The position numbers and the translations under genes are program-made. From Eledone cirrhosa (Eukaryota), in the NCBI GenBank assembly GCA_964016885.1, contig OZ024740.1:272676001-272740000 (forward strand): a DNA stretch of 64,000 nt, given 5' to 3'. Positions within the stretch are counted from its first letter, which is position 1; the number at the start of each line of letters is the position of its first letter. Shown here piece after piece: positions 31,092 through 43,889 of this stretch. Under the pieces are notes generated by a model, which was given only the letters and a program-made list of their open reading frames with translations, was not told the DNA's origin and ran no database searches.

Positions 31092-34000
31092 TTGAGAGTT
31101 GGCTGTTTGAACGCGCGTGGCCTGAGCTCAGCTTGGAAGCAAGCAAAGCTTCTAAGTGACCTCAGGTCACAAAGTATAGATGTGATGGTTGTTTGCGAGA
31201 GTCGGATCAGCAGCGTGAGACAGCTGGCGCCCGCCTTCGATGACTTTGAGATGCACGCATCTCTCTGTCAACCCGGAGGCGGGGGGGGGGAGTTGCCGTA
31301 CTGCTGGATAAACGTCTGACTCTCGACGTACAGATTGTTCACTCGGACCCGGGGGGTCGATTACTGGTGCTGGACGTCGGAGGTGGTGAAGGCGGGGCTT
31401 TCAGACTGGTCGGTCTTTATGCTCCCTTCGGGGCGGAGAGAGCCGACTTCTTCCAACGTCTGGAGACTTTTCTAGGAACGTCGCGTTCCCTGCTTTTAGT
31501 GGGGGACTGGAATGGAATCCTAGATGCGCGTTGGGACTATGCAGGGGCATGTCCCGATAGAGGGGGGTGTAGCAGCCTCAAGGGGTTACTCGATCGATTC
31601 GACCTGGTCGATAGATTTCGACTAGATTGTCCAACTGCGCCAACCTGGACCTGGGCAAACCGCAGTGGACAATCTAGATCGTACCTAGATAGGTTTTTGG
31701 TTAGGAGTAAGGATAGGGACGTATTTAGTTGTCCAGAACTGATCATGGTTGGCTATTCAGATCACAAATTAGTGACCTGCGTGGTCAACCTTGATAGAAC
31801 GCATAGACAGGGTCCCGGTTACTGGAAGATGAACTTGTCCTTACCGACAAAGAAAGATTACAGAAACCGGATTAGTAGCTTAGTTAAGATGCGGTTGACG
31901 GGAGCGATCGTCAACAGCAGGTGGTGGGTATCTCTAAAGAGAGAGATTAGAGTAAGTTCGATAGGTTACAGTAAGGAACTAGCGGCGAATAGAAATAGGA
32001 GGGAAAGGGAGTTAACAGATAAACTAGAAGAGGCGATTAGGAGCGGAGACGTAGCCAGAGTGTTAGCGACGAGAACGGCATTGAGCCAGTTCTTTGACGC
32101 GAAGCACGAAGGCTGCGTTGTCCGAAGTAAAATACGTGCTTTAGGAAACGAGGGGACCAAAGCTGTTAGCTGGGCCCGCGTGACAGAAGCCAAGAGTGGG
32201 ATTAAATCCACCATTCGGTCTTTGCGAGACCAGGATGGACGGGTGATCCTTGAACCTGAGCGAATGTGCGAGACCTTTCAAAGGCACTTTGCTCGACTGT
32301 TCGGAGGTGGCGGGGGGCCGGACGGGGATGTGGACTTCGGTCCATACCTCGACGGTCTACCGCGTCTTTCGAGCGGCGAAGCGGAGTGCTGCGAAGGGCC
32401 AATCACAGCCACTGAAATCGGGGAAGCGCTCAGCCAATGCAGCAGACGCAAATCCCCGGGTCTCGATGGTCTACCATACGAACTTTATTTAGCTATGCCG
32501 GTCTTGTTCTCCGAACTCCTCGAGGCTGTCTATTGCAACTGGCAACAGAACGGGAGAATTCCCTGTTCTGTGACCAAGGGCGTGGTCACGCTAGTGAGGA
32601 AGGACGAGAGCAAGGGGGACGACTTAAGTAACTTTAGGCCCATAACTCTGCTGAATGCAGAGTTACAGATTTTGGCCAAGGTGTTGACGAAGAGGTTGGC
32701 GCTTGTGGTGGGTGGTTTGGTGGGAGACGCGCAGACATGCGCTATCCCGTCCAGGTCCATTCACGACAACCTCCACCTCATGCGATACATCATAGAGAGG
32801 GTTGGCTACGAACCCGGCTTTGGTGGGGCCCTGATCAACTTGGATCAATCTAAGGCGTTCGATAGGGTCGACCATGGTTACCTGGATGCGGTGCTAGCGG
32901 CGGCGGGCTTCGGACCCGTTTTCAGGGGCTGGATTTCTGCCATGCACAGTGGCAACATCTACTCTAGGATTAAAGTAAACGGCTACCTCTCGGAGCCGTT
33001 TCAAATCACCCGATCCATCAGACAGGGGTGCCCCCTCTCCTCCCTTCTGTACGTATTGACTCTCGAGCCACTGCTGCGGAAGTTGGAGTTGCTGCGGGGC
33101 ATACCCCTGGAACCGGGATTGCACAAAGCGGTCTCGGCCTATGCCGACGACGTAACAGTAATGGTGGCGGACGCCTCGGAAATCGGGGCGATCGCCACCC
33201 TACTGGAGGAATACGAAAGGCTGACGGGGGCTAAGCTGAACCAGGACAAGTCGGTCGGTTTGCAACTCGGAACGTGGAGGGGCAAACCGATGCCGTTGGA
33301 CGGTGTCGTCGGGCGGTGGACGGAGGGCCCGGTGAAGCTGCTCGGGGTCTGGTTCGGACCGGACCTCCAGGTGGAGAAGAATTGGGGCGAGGTGACGAGC
33401 AGGGTGTTTGCGCTGACCCAGAAGTGGGCCAAGTGCAAACTATCACTGAAAGGTCGGGCGGAGGTGACGAACGCTTACATAGCGTCCGTCATCTACTACC
33501 GCCTGACCGTCGTGCCTTGCCCCAAGGAAAAGCTCACCATCATGGAACGCATGCTCTTCCAGTTCCTCTGGAAGAAGCGGCCTCCCATGGTGAGGAGATC
33601 CATCTGCTGCCAGCACCCTTCGAAAGGAGGGCTGGGTATGCCGTGGCTGTTGATGCGTAGGCACGCATTGAGGCTACGGCATCTACAGGTATTCCTCAAC
33701 GGTCAGCCGGTGTGGGCCCCGTTTGTGAGGCGAGCCTTCCCACAGCTCGTCTCGCTCACCGAACTGCAATCCTGGGTGAAGCAAAGACCGAGAAAACTGG
33801 GCAACTGGCACACTGAGTGTGCCCAGGCGCTCACGGCTATCTGGCAAGCGGACCCGACTGTCAGTGGAGAATCCACCTCGACATTCTATAGAGGGTTGGT
33901 GGCTAGCAGGGGCGACGACACCCTTGGAGAGTCGCTAGGCATGGAGGAGGACGAACTGGCCAGCCTGTTCGGTAGAACTTTCGGCCCGGGACCCATGGAC

Positions 34001-34522
34001 AACTTCCAGAGGTCCCTAGCCTGGCAGTGTTACCGGGGGGCTCTGCCCGTTCGAGAAAAGCTCTACAGACACGGGCGCCCGGGCAGGGATCCCGCGAAAA
34101 AGATCTGTCCCAGATGCGTGCGCGACGAGGAAACCGTTGCGCATGCACTGGTACACTGCCCGGGCGTTGCCGATCTGTGGGGCTACGTCGAACGACTGCT
34201 GTCGCGTGTGGCGCCGATTCGATTAACCGCCGAGTCTGTGGTGAACATCAAGCCGCCTCCTCCCTTCAGAAATGAAGCAGAGGCGGTCTTTCTGTGCGTA
34301 ATAGCCATGATGAAAGAGGTTGTGTGGTGGACGCGCCTGAAAGGTCTGAGGTCGGGTGACTTTCTCTCCGGCCATCACCTGGTTTACTTCTTCCGATACC
34401 ACTTCGGAAGAAGAATCAGGATGGAGAGAGAAGTGCTTGGTCCCAGACAGTTTTATGAAAGGTGGGTGAAAGAAGCGAGAATGGCCCGTGTAAATGGGCC
34501 TTCTCTCTACATTGTTCTGTAG
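31092..34522 (+). CDS. LINE ORF2 (APE endonuclease, reverse transcriptase, C-terminal Cys/His motif); one frameshift in a G10 run at 31281-31290
   Basis: Motifs LNARG, GDWN, SYLDRF, SDH, KSPGLDG, NFRPITLLN, DQSKAFD, RQGCPLS, YADD and CPRC..ETVAHALVHC. Confidence 0.92.
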
Positions 34523-34858
34523 GTGAAGAAGTGAAGAGGAAAGGGGGAGCGCCTCCTCTCTGGGCTTCCCCCGCGAAAAGAGTTGCACACTTTTCGGAGG
34601 TATGTGCAATCCCCAACACGCCCCCTCCCTTTTGAGGACTTTTTATTGTTATATTATTATTGTTATTCCTTTTTTCTTTACTCGATTTATGTAAACTCCC
34701 CCACTGTGTAAATGTCCCCTTCTTTTGTGCCCTCGTGGCAAATAAATAGAAATTTATCTATCTATCTATTTATTTATCTTTTTTAATCTAAGTATCTATC
34801 TACCTATCTAATAGCCATCCCATTCGTCTGTCTATCTGTCTGTATATCTATCATTCTC

Positions 34859-34950
<92 letters not shown>

Positions 34951-35202
34951 CCTATCTATCTAGTTGTCTATCTATCTATCTATCTATCTATCTGCCATTA
35001 TGATTTTCATTTTTCTTTACGTCTTTTCATTATTTCCTTCCCTTCTTTCTTGTTTCTTTAGTTTTTAGGTTGTTTCCCCACTTAACACCAATAAACTTGT
35101 AAAGCAAAAGAAATACGAACAGTCATACACATATACACACATGTACGTACACACACATATACATAAATGCATGCATAAATGCATTAACACACAACTACGT
35201 GA

Positions 35203-35256
<54 letters not shown>

Positions 35257-35493
35257 GTAAGTATTGAAAAACGAAAATAAAGAGTCGAAGATAGGTTCTT
35301 AAATAGTTCATTGTTTTACGATCGTTTCAGTGGGTTGATTGATTATAGTAAATTGATGGAACCTATCACAAAAGCTATAGCTCTCACGTCATGACTCGTT
35401 GAATTCATTTCTTCACGACTGCACGGGTTTCTAACAACGTTATTGGCCCTGCCAAAAACAGGTGGATAACAGTATATATATACATCTATCTAT

Positions 35494-35800
35494 CTAAGGC
35501 AGGTAAAATTCCCGAGATCCATGGACGAGTTCTCTGCAGCGGTCTCTGTCCCTCATTATCGCTGCCATGTCCTGCGTCTCCATCAGACCAGTGCCTGTCC
35601 TTAGGGCATCAACATATGTTAACCTCGGTCTTTCTTCTCCAGTGTGTTCATGCAGGGGCTCTCACAGGAGCACTGAGTGCAGTGTCAACTCTGGATGTCG
35701 GTGAGCATGTTCAGCTAGCCTCAGTCTCCTCTGTGTCACTTTTGATGTAGTGGAGTCTTTGCGGCTGTACGGGTCTGAGACTTGGACACTGACCATGAAA
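35494..35800 (-). mobile_element. RTE 3' fragment (same family as 20929-21667) with inverted 5' segment
   Basis: 35494-35745 is the reverse complement of ~21416-21667. 35746-35800 matches the upstream 21244-21298 (LYGSETWTLT) in the opposite orientation. Confidence 0.85.
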
Positions 35801-35857
35801 TATATATATAATAGTATAAATATAGTTTTATAAATATAGTTTCCATTTATTTAATAT

Positions 35858-35934
<77 letters not shown>

Positions 35935-35937
<3 letters not shown>

Positions 35938-36293
35938 CGTGTGTATAATGGTAGCTATGGTGCTTCCATAGGCGGTATGCCAAAATTAGCATTCAATATT
36001 CATACAGAGCAGAGTGTGAATAGTATAAAAAAACGAAAAATCAGTGATGCATCTGGACTCAGTTTATTGCGTATTACAATTGTTTCGCCGGCAGGTAGCT
36101 CGAGACATGATCACTGTATGGATCTCAGTGAGAAAATTTGCTCCGAAAGAATTGCATGTGTCCGAAGGAACCTGCAGCCGTAGAATCAGCCAGATCCATA
36201 CAGTGATCATGTCTCGAGTTACCTGCCGGCGAAACAATTGTAACATGCAATAAACTGAGTCCAGATGCATCACTGATTTTTCGTTTTGTTTTA

Positions 36294-36299
<6 letters not shown>
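35935..36299. mobile_element. Fold-back PLE remnant (family of 2172 and 13734) with CCGA-type hammerhead at + 36157-36247
   Basis: Arms at 36020-36125 and 36192-36299. tgtgt-CCGAAGGA...ctgccggc-GAAAC-aatt-GTA-acatg. (TA)n flanks. Confidence 0.7.
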
Positions 36300-36362
<63 letters not shown>

Positions 36363-36654
36363 ATATATTGAGTTAAAAACTAAAAATTAAAATAGATAAA
36401 AAAAAAAAAAAATTTTCCGAGCCTTATAATATAATATAATATATAATAAAGAGAGACGAACACAGATACATATATCTGTCTCTCTGTATTTACATCTCTT
36501 GTGATTTGAACGCATATATGTATATATCTGTGTTTGTCTCTTTTTATTATATTATCGTCCGAAACGTTAAGACCCTCTTCCTGCTATCTCAAGCGTTAAC
36601 CTAATATATTCCTTCCATATACTGTACCGATTGTGTTGTTATTTCTGTTTACTC

Positions 36655-36706
<52 letters not shown>

Positions 36707-36716
36707 CATATATATA

Positions 36717-37140
36717 AGAACAAGTATGACCCCGACGGCAGAGCTGAAGCCGTTTCGACGGGTATTTCTGGACTAAATAAGAATTTTTAGCCTGGTAAAT
36801 AAATAGCCGAACTTCTCAGGGGGGTATTTCCTTATATGGGAAGATAGTAATTGTCAAGAGGATTGGTCAAAAGATTTGTTGTAAAGACAAATCTTTTGAC
36901 CAATCCTTTTGACCAATCTTCTTGACAATTACTATTTTCCGATATAAGGAAATACCCTCTGAGAAGTTCGGCTATTTATTTACCAGACTAAAAATTCTTA
37001 TTTAGTCCAGAAATAGCCGTCGAAACGGCTTGAGCTCTGCCGTCGGGGTCATACTTGTTCCTATTACGCACTCTACTACCCGAAGTATTGAGTACTTTGG
37101 TGCGTTATGGTCCATCTGGTTCCTTACCACAATTCCTTCG

Positions 37141-37141
<1 letters not shown>
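36717..37141 (+). mobile_element. Fold-back element family D, copy 2 (longest)
   Basis: ~165-bp inverted arms centred at ~36885, plus a tail ending ccttcgt-(TA)n. Confidence 0.8.
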
Positions 37142-37208
<67 letters not shown>

Positions 37209-37664
37209 CATGACAAAAGACTAAGATCAACATCTTACATTCATTCTTTTTATTTCTATGTCCATTTCAACAACACAGTTGCAATGGTACATTCATATGT
37301 AAATTACTGGAAATAATTAATTCTCAATTATGACCTGGTTACATAATACCTAAAACTCGCATGTCTTCAGGAAAATGTAAGAAAGAAAAAAATTACTAAT
37401 TTCAAATAATTTCAAGAATAAACTTTATATCAAAACACTGAGTGTAGAGCAAAGGATTAAATAAAAAAAAAAGGTAGGGGTAAAAACCTTACATCATTGT
37501 TATTAATTATTTTTTTACACAGTTAGTGTGATATTTGTTGTGCGACGCGCAGGTGTAGAAATTATCTAATAGGTAGCAAGTATGTGTTAGATAAAAAGAA
37601 TTACGTATCTATTATTTATTTAGAATGTTAATATTCATTTTCATGACATGGTAAACATAAGGGC

Positions 37665-37878
37665 TGTCGTTTGGCAGTATCGGTAGAGAGTCGGACGCCA
37701 TGCTTTGCAGCATAGAGTTACGGCCCTTTACTGTCTGAATTCAAATCCCGCCGAGGTTAACTTTGCCTTTCATCCTTACGGGGTCGATAAAAGAAAGTAC
37801 CAGTAATGTACTGGGGTCGACTTAATCGACTTTCCCCTCAACCACAAATTACTGGCCTTTTGCCTATACTAGAAATCA
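37665..37878 (+). mobile_element. tRNA-derived SINE (second family)
   Basis: tggcagtatcggtagag...aattcaaatcccgccgaggttaactttgcctttcatcc...ggggtcgataaa. Relatives at 13485-13565, 26320-26480, 49955-50110 and 57620-57690. Confidence 0.75.
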
Positions 37879-38347
37879 TTATATTGTTAAAATAAAATTT
37901 GTTTTTAGATTTGCAGGAATGGAAATTTTTTAAAACAAGCAGTAGCATGCGCAAGCAAGCGGTCAGCATTTTGCATAAATAATGAAGATATACACATACG
38001 AAGCACACGCAAATTACCATTAGTATCAATCCGGCTCCAATACATAGCATTTGTCTAGAGTTGAATTGGCTTCATTCATCTCACTCTGTCTATCACTCCC
38101 ATTTTAAATGATTCGAAATATTTGTCTTTACACTGTAAATTTAGTCTTAGTCAAGCGGCGTCTGGCGGTGTTGATTGAGTTAACGTCGCCTGTTAAATAA
38201 TTGTCCAAATCATTGTTACAATTTTCGAGATAATCAATGATCAAGATACGCTTCGAGTTGTTTGTTTCGGCTTATTATTATCGATGCAGAATTCTGATGA
38301 TAGCTTTTCATAATTTTTAATTATTATTCTTATTTTCACTTATGTAT

Positions 38348-38385
<38 letters not shown>

Positions 38386-38420
38386 GTATGCATGTGTATA
38401 TATATATATATATATATATA

Positions 38421-38610
38421 ACGAAGGCGGTGTGGTAAGGAACCAGGTGGACCATAACGCACCAGCGTAATCAATACTTAGGGTAGTAGAGTGGGTAATA
38501 GGAAAATGTTTGACCCCGACGGCAGAGCTCAAGCCGTTTCGACGGCTATTTCTGGACTGAAATAGCCGTCGAAACAGCTTGAGCTCTGCCGTCGGGGTCA
38601 GACATTTTCC
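38421..38610 (-). mobile_element. Fold-back element family D, copy 3
   Basis: Reverse complement of copy 1, with the same outer ends and (TA)n flanks. Confidence 0.75.
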
Positions 38611-38640
38611 TATATATATATATATTAGTATTATTGGACA

Positions 38641-38767
38641 CCCACTGATGAATTATAGGAGCCCACTTGAATATATATCTATTGGTGGTATACAAGCTCC
38701 TACATAAATTGGTATAATTTCACCCAAATTGTAGGAATCCTATAATGAAACGAGACGTCTGTCTGGG
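38641..38767 (+). ncRNA. Type I hammerhead ribozyme with large branched stem II
   Basis: ccca-CTGATGA-attatagga...tcctataat-GAAAC-gagacgtct-GTC-tggg. Stem II has a 9-bp base. Confidence 0.8.
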
Positions 38768-39053
38768 AAGAAATATATTCGATATGTCTCATATGAAATG
38801 ATACAGCCAATTTTCCACACAATATATTTAGTTAGCACCCCTAACGCATAATTAGGAATATACTCACTTATTTCCTAATGTTTGTTGAGTGAGTTGGAAT
38901 TTGGCCGGAGTATCGCTAAAAAGCTTTCTCCGATAATGTATTTATTTATATATATATTTATATATTTAAAAGGTAAACAGAAATAACAACACAATCGGTA
39001 CAGTATATGGAAGGGATATATTAGGTCAACGCTTGATATATCAGGAAGAGGGT

Positions 39054-39087
39054 CTTAACGTTTCGGACGCTAGTCTTTCATCAGAAG
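39054..39087 (-). ncRNA. Minimal type I hammerhead ribozyme (loopless palindromic stem III)
   Basis: Reverse complement reads ctt-CTGATGA-aagac-tagc-gtcc-GAAAC-GTT-aag. Confidence 0.7.
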
Positions 39088-39722
39088 AAAGAATGAGAAA
39101 TAAGATAGATTGTGGGGACGGGCGGGATGAAATTGGAAAAAATGTTTTTAGATAATAATAACAGGTCCATTCATGTTGACATCTCTTGCAAAACTGTTGG
39201 TGCTGGAGTTTGTGTATGATTTATTTTTTAGAAAAGTGGATGATGGAGCGCGTCTACCTGAAATGAAAAAAAAAACCGTTTTGTAAAAAGAGCTATATTT
39301 GATCATGTGTGTGTGTGTATGTGTGTGTTATTATACGTCCGTACGAAGCTAAGAAGAAATGTGTGTGTATATGTGAGTAAAAGAGGGTGTATGCATGTAA
39401 GTACGAAGCTATGAGCAAAAGTATGTTAATATAAGGGTGTGTATGTGTGTATACAGAGCAGTGAAGGGAAAAGTGGATTGAGCATAATAAATCGGCATGT
39501 ATTAGTTGTAAGAGAAGATGTTAATGATCAAGAGGAAGCGATAGGAATCTAGGGGTGTGATAATGGACGAGGTATTAGAGAAATTGTGGAGGTGAGTTGA
39601 GTCCAATAGGGGTATAGGACGCAAGGCGGTGAATCAAACTTTTTTCAGTCCTGGTATATATATATATGACAAAATAAAAATACACTTCTTGGCAATACTC
39701 CCCCTCTCTCTCTCTGTATATC

Positions 39723-39761
<39 letters not shown>

Positions 39762-40344
39762 GGAGAGATATGTTTATATATAAATACGTATGTATATTGA
39801 TAATTATTCTGAGGTTTGATTATTGTAATGCGGTGAAAAGTTCCCAGTAAACTTGAAGACCATGTTTCGGGTTAGATAAGATTCTAGATTCCAGGTCAAC
39901 GACTTTAGAATTATTCTTCATTGTACATAGTGAACACTGTATCATCCCATATGCTTACTTCATACCAATTTAAGAGATAACATAGCTAGTATAACTACTA
40001 TTGAATAACGTGCACATTTTACACAGACAAAAGCAAGCATCTTTACATAAGTGAACCTATGTATGAAGCTATATGTAATATCCAAATCACCATAAACACT
40101 GGTGGTTACATCAAGTGATACATTCCAACGAGTAGGCTTCTAAACAGTCACTCGATCTGCCATACATAATAGCTCAAATCACACACTATGATTTTTATAA
40201 GCATACAAATATCGGGTGATATATATCTAAATAATCTGATCACAGATCAACATTTCTATAACTCCCAATGGAGTAGTCCAGGCTGTAAACCTGGCGGCGC
40301 CCATCCTGCACCAAGTTTAACTACAGTAGATTTCTGCCACACGT

Positions 40345-40411
<67 letters not shown>

Positions 40412-40415
<4 letters not shown>

Positions 40416-40614
40416 TCCCGGGTTCGATCAGGGGTAACCACAGTAAATAAGGCCATCAATATATTAGTAGAGTGGATACAACAACTTTAATATAGAAATG
40501 GCTTCTACAGGACTAGAACTGTTTCATTCGAAGGTAATCATCAGCAAATACCTTACCCCGTGATTCCCTTCGAATGAAACAGTTCTACTCCTGTAGATGC
40601 CATTCCTATATTAA
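40412..40614 (-). mobile_element. Fold-back PLE remnant with hammerhead (- strand 40513-40547)
   Basis: Arms at 40487-40540 and 40561-40614. Reverse complement reads CTGATGA-ttaccttcgaat-GAAAC-a-GTT-ctag. The tail runs to (TA)n. Confidence 0.7.
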
Positions 40615-40967
40615 ATTTGATACATACATACATCTTTTTTTCTTTTTTCTTTTTCCATTTGTTTATTTTTAACATTTTTTTTTTACCTTTTTATTTACTT
40701 TTTACCTCTTTATATTATCTTCTTTTTACTATTTTATTATGTTTTAACCATTGTTTGTATTCTTTTGCTTTTGTGTGCCATCACTTATATCTGCATCTTG
40801 TAAGATTTGCTTGTGCCCTAGCATTTAACTTTGGTGCTTAACAACCCCAACACGAACTCTCTCCTTATTTGCCAATTCCGATCTCCCTATCTTTACCCTC
40901 TATTGTATTCCAATTGTTCGTGTGATTAAGCTTGGTAGAGCTTATACTCAGCACTGTGTTTATTAAA

Positions 40968-41010
40968 CTCTGATGATTCCTACCCAACGGTATGGATGAA
41001 ACATTGTAAG
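40968..41010 (+). ncRNA. Type I hammerhead ribozyme (weak stem I)
   Basis: ct-CTGATGA-ttcctacc-caac-ggtatggat-GAAAC-att-GTA-ag, located ~50 nt before (TA)n. Confidence 0.65.
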
Positions 41011-41098
41011 CAAAATATAAGTGATTGAGTATGTAAGCGTTCTTTGGTTTCTTTTACATTTATATATATATATATATATATTGTTATACTTGCATAGC

Positions 41099-41179
<81 letters not shown>

Positions 41180-41259
41180 TATATATAGAGAGAGAGGGAC
41201 GGACTGGAGTTGGGGCAGGCAGTGATTCATGAAAAGAAACTATCCCAGTGCTGGACAAG

Positions 41260-41295
<36 letters not shown>

Positions 41296-41634
41296 CAAAG
41301 AGGGAAGGGGGAAATTAGTCGCGGAATAAATAAGTCGCGGAATAAATGAGGAAAACATTCTCTCCGATGCCTCTAACAATTCTACCAATTCGCGCCTATA
41401 TATAACCACACTATATATGGGGGAAAATGGTGGGTTGGTTCCGGCAGTAACGAGTTTGATAAAAGGTTGAAATAAGGCTAAACAACAACACCAATTACAA
41501 CAGCAGCGACACCAAGAAACGTTCACAAATAAACAGTCACCTTCTCTCAGTTCGTGGTTATATTTCTTCTAGTGTTTACTAGAATCCCTTTCCACAGTTC
41601 CGCAGATTGGTATGAGCACTGCCTTTCTCCCTGA

Positions 41635-41922
41635 AGCCACATGGTTTAATGGTTAGGATGTTAGACTTACGATCACACTGTGGTCGGTTCTATTCATGGA
41701 CAGGGTAGTGCGTTGTGTTCTTGAGTAAATCACTTTATTTCATGTTTCTCCAGTACACTCAGCTAAGAGTGAGCACCAACAGTAGCGGGTGAGTTAATAA
41801 TGCGATAGATCGGTGTCCTGTCCCGGGAGAGTCTTGTACTCTCAGTCTCTTAATGGCAAGGCAAAGGAGATAAACGCCGGCCTGATGAGCGTTTGGCTTA
41901 GAACAGCCTTAGAACAAACTTT
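41635..41922 (+). mobile_element. tRNA-derived SINE (diverged copy of the 17262 family)
   Basis: catggtttaatggttagg...gttgtgttcttgagtaaatcactttatttcatg...tgtactctcagtc. Confidence 0.7.
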
Positions 41923-42519
41923 AATTAACTTTCTTCCTGACAAGCTTATTAAAAAAAGAAAATAAATTAAATCAGGTTGACTCTAATTATGCAGCACGTC
42001 GCTCATTAATAGCTTGTAAATATTTTCTACAAAAACAGGTTTCCAAAGTCATCATGGGGCGGGGGTTTTGTAATATTTCGCGAGATAATAGGCATCCACT
42101 CGGAATTTACTCTTCAAAGTTCACGCCCATGCAAATTTTATAAAGATCTTTCATTTATGGGCAATCAGCAGCTGCTCCTACATATACGTCTCCCTTTCTA
42201 GGCTTTGGAGAATCTGGTACAACTTGGCACCGGTTTCTTTGCACCGGTTTTGTTGCCGGTGTTGCTATCAAAACGGAAAAAGTCGGAACAGATACTGAAA
42301 AGCCTCTCGTCCGACACTAACAATAACGTCAATCGACTGGCTGTGAGTTGACACTTTATTTATGAGGATAGAAGGAAAAATTGACATCAACAACATTTGA
42401 ATTGGTTGTGCAAATAACGGGAACAAATACCGCAAGGCATTCTTTCTGACGCTTTTATGACTACCACTTCATTGCATTAACCAATATTCATTTACACTGG
42501 ATAATAATAATGAATAATA

Positions 42520-42657
42520 ATAATAGTAATAGTAGTAGTAGTAGTAGTAGTAATGTGGAAGTAGTGGTAGTAGTCATGGTGGTAGCCGCAGTAGCAGTAG
42601 CAACAATAGTGGTAGCAGTAGCAGCAACATTTGTAGTAGTAGTAGTAGCAACAGTAA

Positions 42658-42714
<57 letters not shown>

Positions 42715-42740
42715 AAGTAGCAGCAGCAATAGCAGCAACA
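42520..42740. repeat. (TAG/CAG)n trinucleotide tract
   Basis: Read directly from the sequence. Confidence 0.9.
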
Positions 42741-43039
42741 ACACAGTAGTAATAAATAAATAAATAAGTAGGAATATCCATTTCTGCCACTTAAGATTTG
42801 GACAGTGTCTGAAACAGTGAAGGATTTTTTTCCGATTTTTCGATTAATTCAGGAACAAAATCATTCATCTTCAACCAATTTGCACAAGAATATGAAGTGG
42901 CCAGAGAAGAGAACATTTTTTCCCTTGTCCATTTCTTTTTTTTTTATTCTTGAATTTTCTACCATCTTTACAGCATTTAACGCATTAACCAGTCACCTCC
43001 TACGCATACATATACCCCCATATATATATATATATACCC

Positions 43040-43113
<74 letters not shown>

Positions 43114-43889
43114 CATTATAAAGAAAGAAGAACATTAGACATAAACAAAAAAATATAAATACCCAATATTCCTCTACTATCTCGACTGCGCAGTTTCGTG
43201 GCTACTTTGCAAAAACATTACATCATAGAGATGCAGTATTTCTGTGAGGTTGGAACCACACAAAATCAGGGATATATGTGCGTATATGCATGTATATGTA
43301 TGTATTCGCATGTATCTGTGTATTTCTTTATATTGTATATATATATATATAGAGAGAGAGAGATTTGCGAGGTTTTTGATATGAAATCGTATGTCGAAAC
43401 AAATATTGTTATACTTGGGGAGGGTCATATTTGTGTAGTAATATTTCCAGAATTAATAACAGAACACACTCACTCTTTGGTTGGTTTTCACTTCTGTGTC
43501 TTTTATATCGGTTAATTTAATTTATTCGGTCCTCAATGTTACCATTGACTGACCAACGGTCAAAAATACAGATACAATATAGACACAAACACATATATAT
43601 ATATTCTAACAAAGTTCTTTCGTTGCACATCTGCAACATCGTCAGTGGTGCTTATGTTTCCTCCCGTTGTATTGTATGCCTACGCCATCTTTATTTAGTC
43701 TGTTTATTTATTTATTTGTTTTGTTTTTTTGTCTTATCTGCGATTCTATTTGCGTGTGTGTATAGTGTTTTGTTTGATGTGTGTTCGTGTTTGGATAACT
43801 GTGTATTGGTTATTGTATTCTATCTTAGTTTACTAGTGTGTTTATATGTGTTTGCTGTTATTGTGCTTGTGTATGTATTTATTTATTTA

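Larger units (their letters stand above)
29045..34755 (+). mobile_element. Full-length Tx1/L1-clade non-LTR retrotransposon inserted in (TATC)n
   Basis: 5' UTR, ORF1 with zinc knuckle, ORF2 APE-RT-CCHC, 3' UTR with AATAAA, and (CTAT)n on both flanks. Confidence 0.93.

Noticed and set aside
29184-34619. Antisense and alternative-frame ORFs overlapping the Tx1 LINE
   Set aside because: They are shadow ORFs of GC-rich coding sequence with no motifs.
35310-35420. Further GAAAC-palindrome-GTH halves (35318-, 28583-, 28874+, 39858-, 61297+, 15306-, 16563-)
   Set aside because: No convincing core or stem I partner. They are probably decayed hammerheads but cannot be supported individually.
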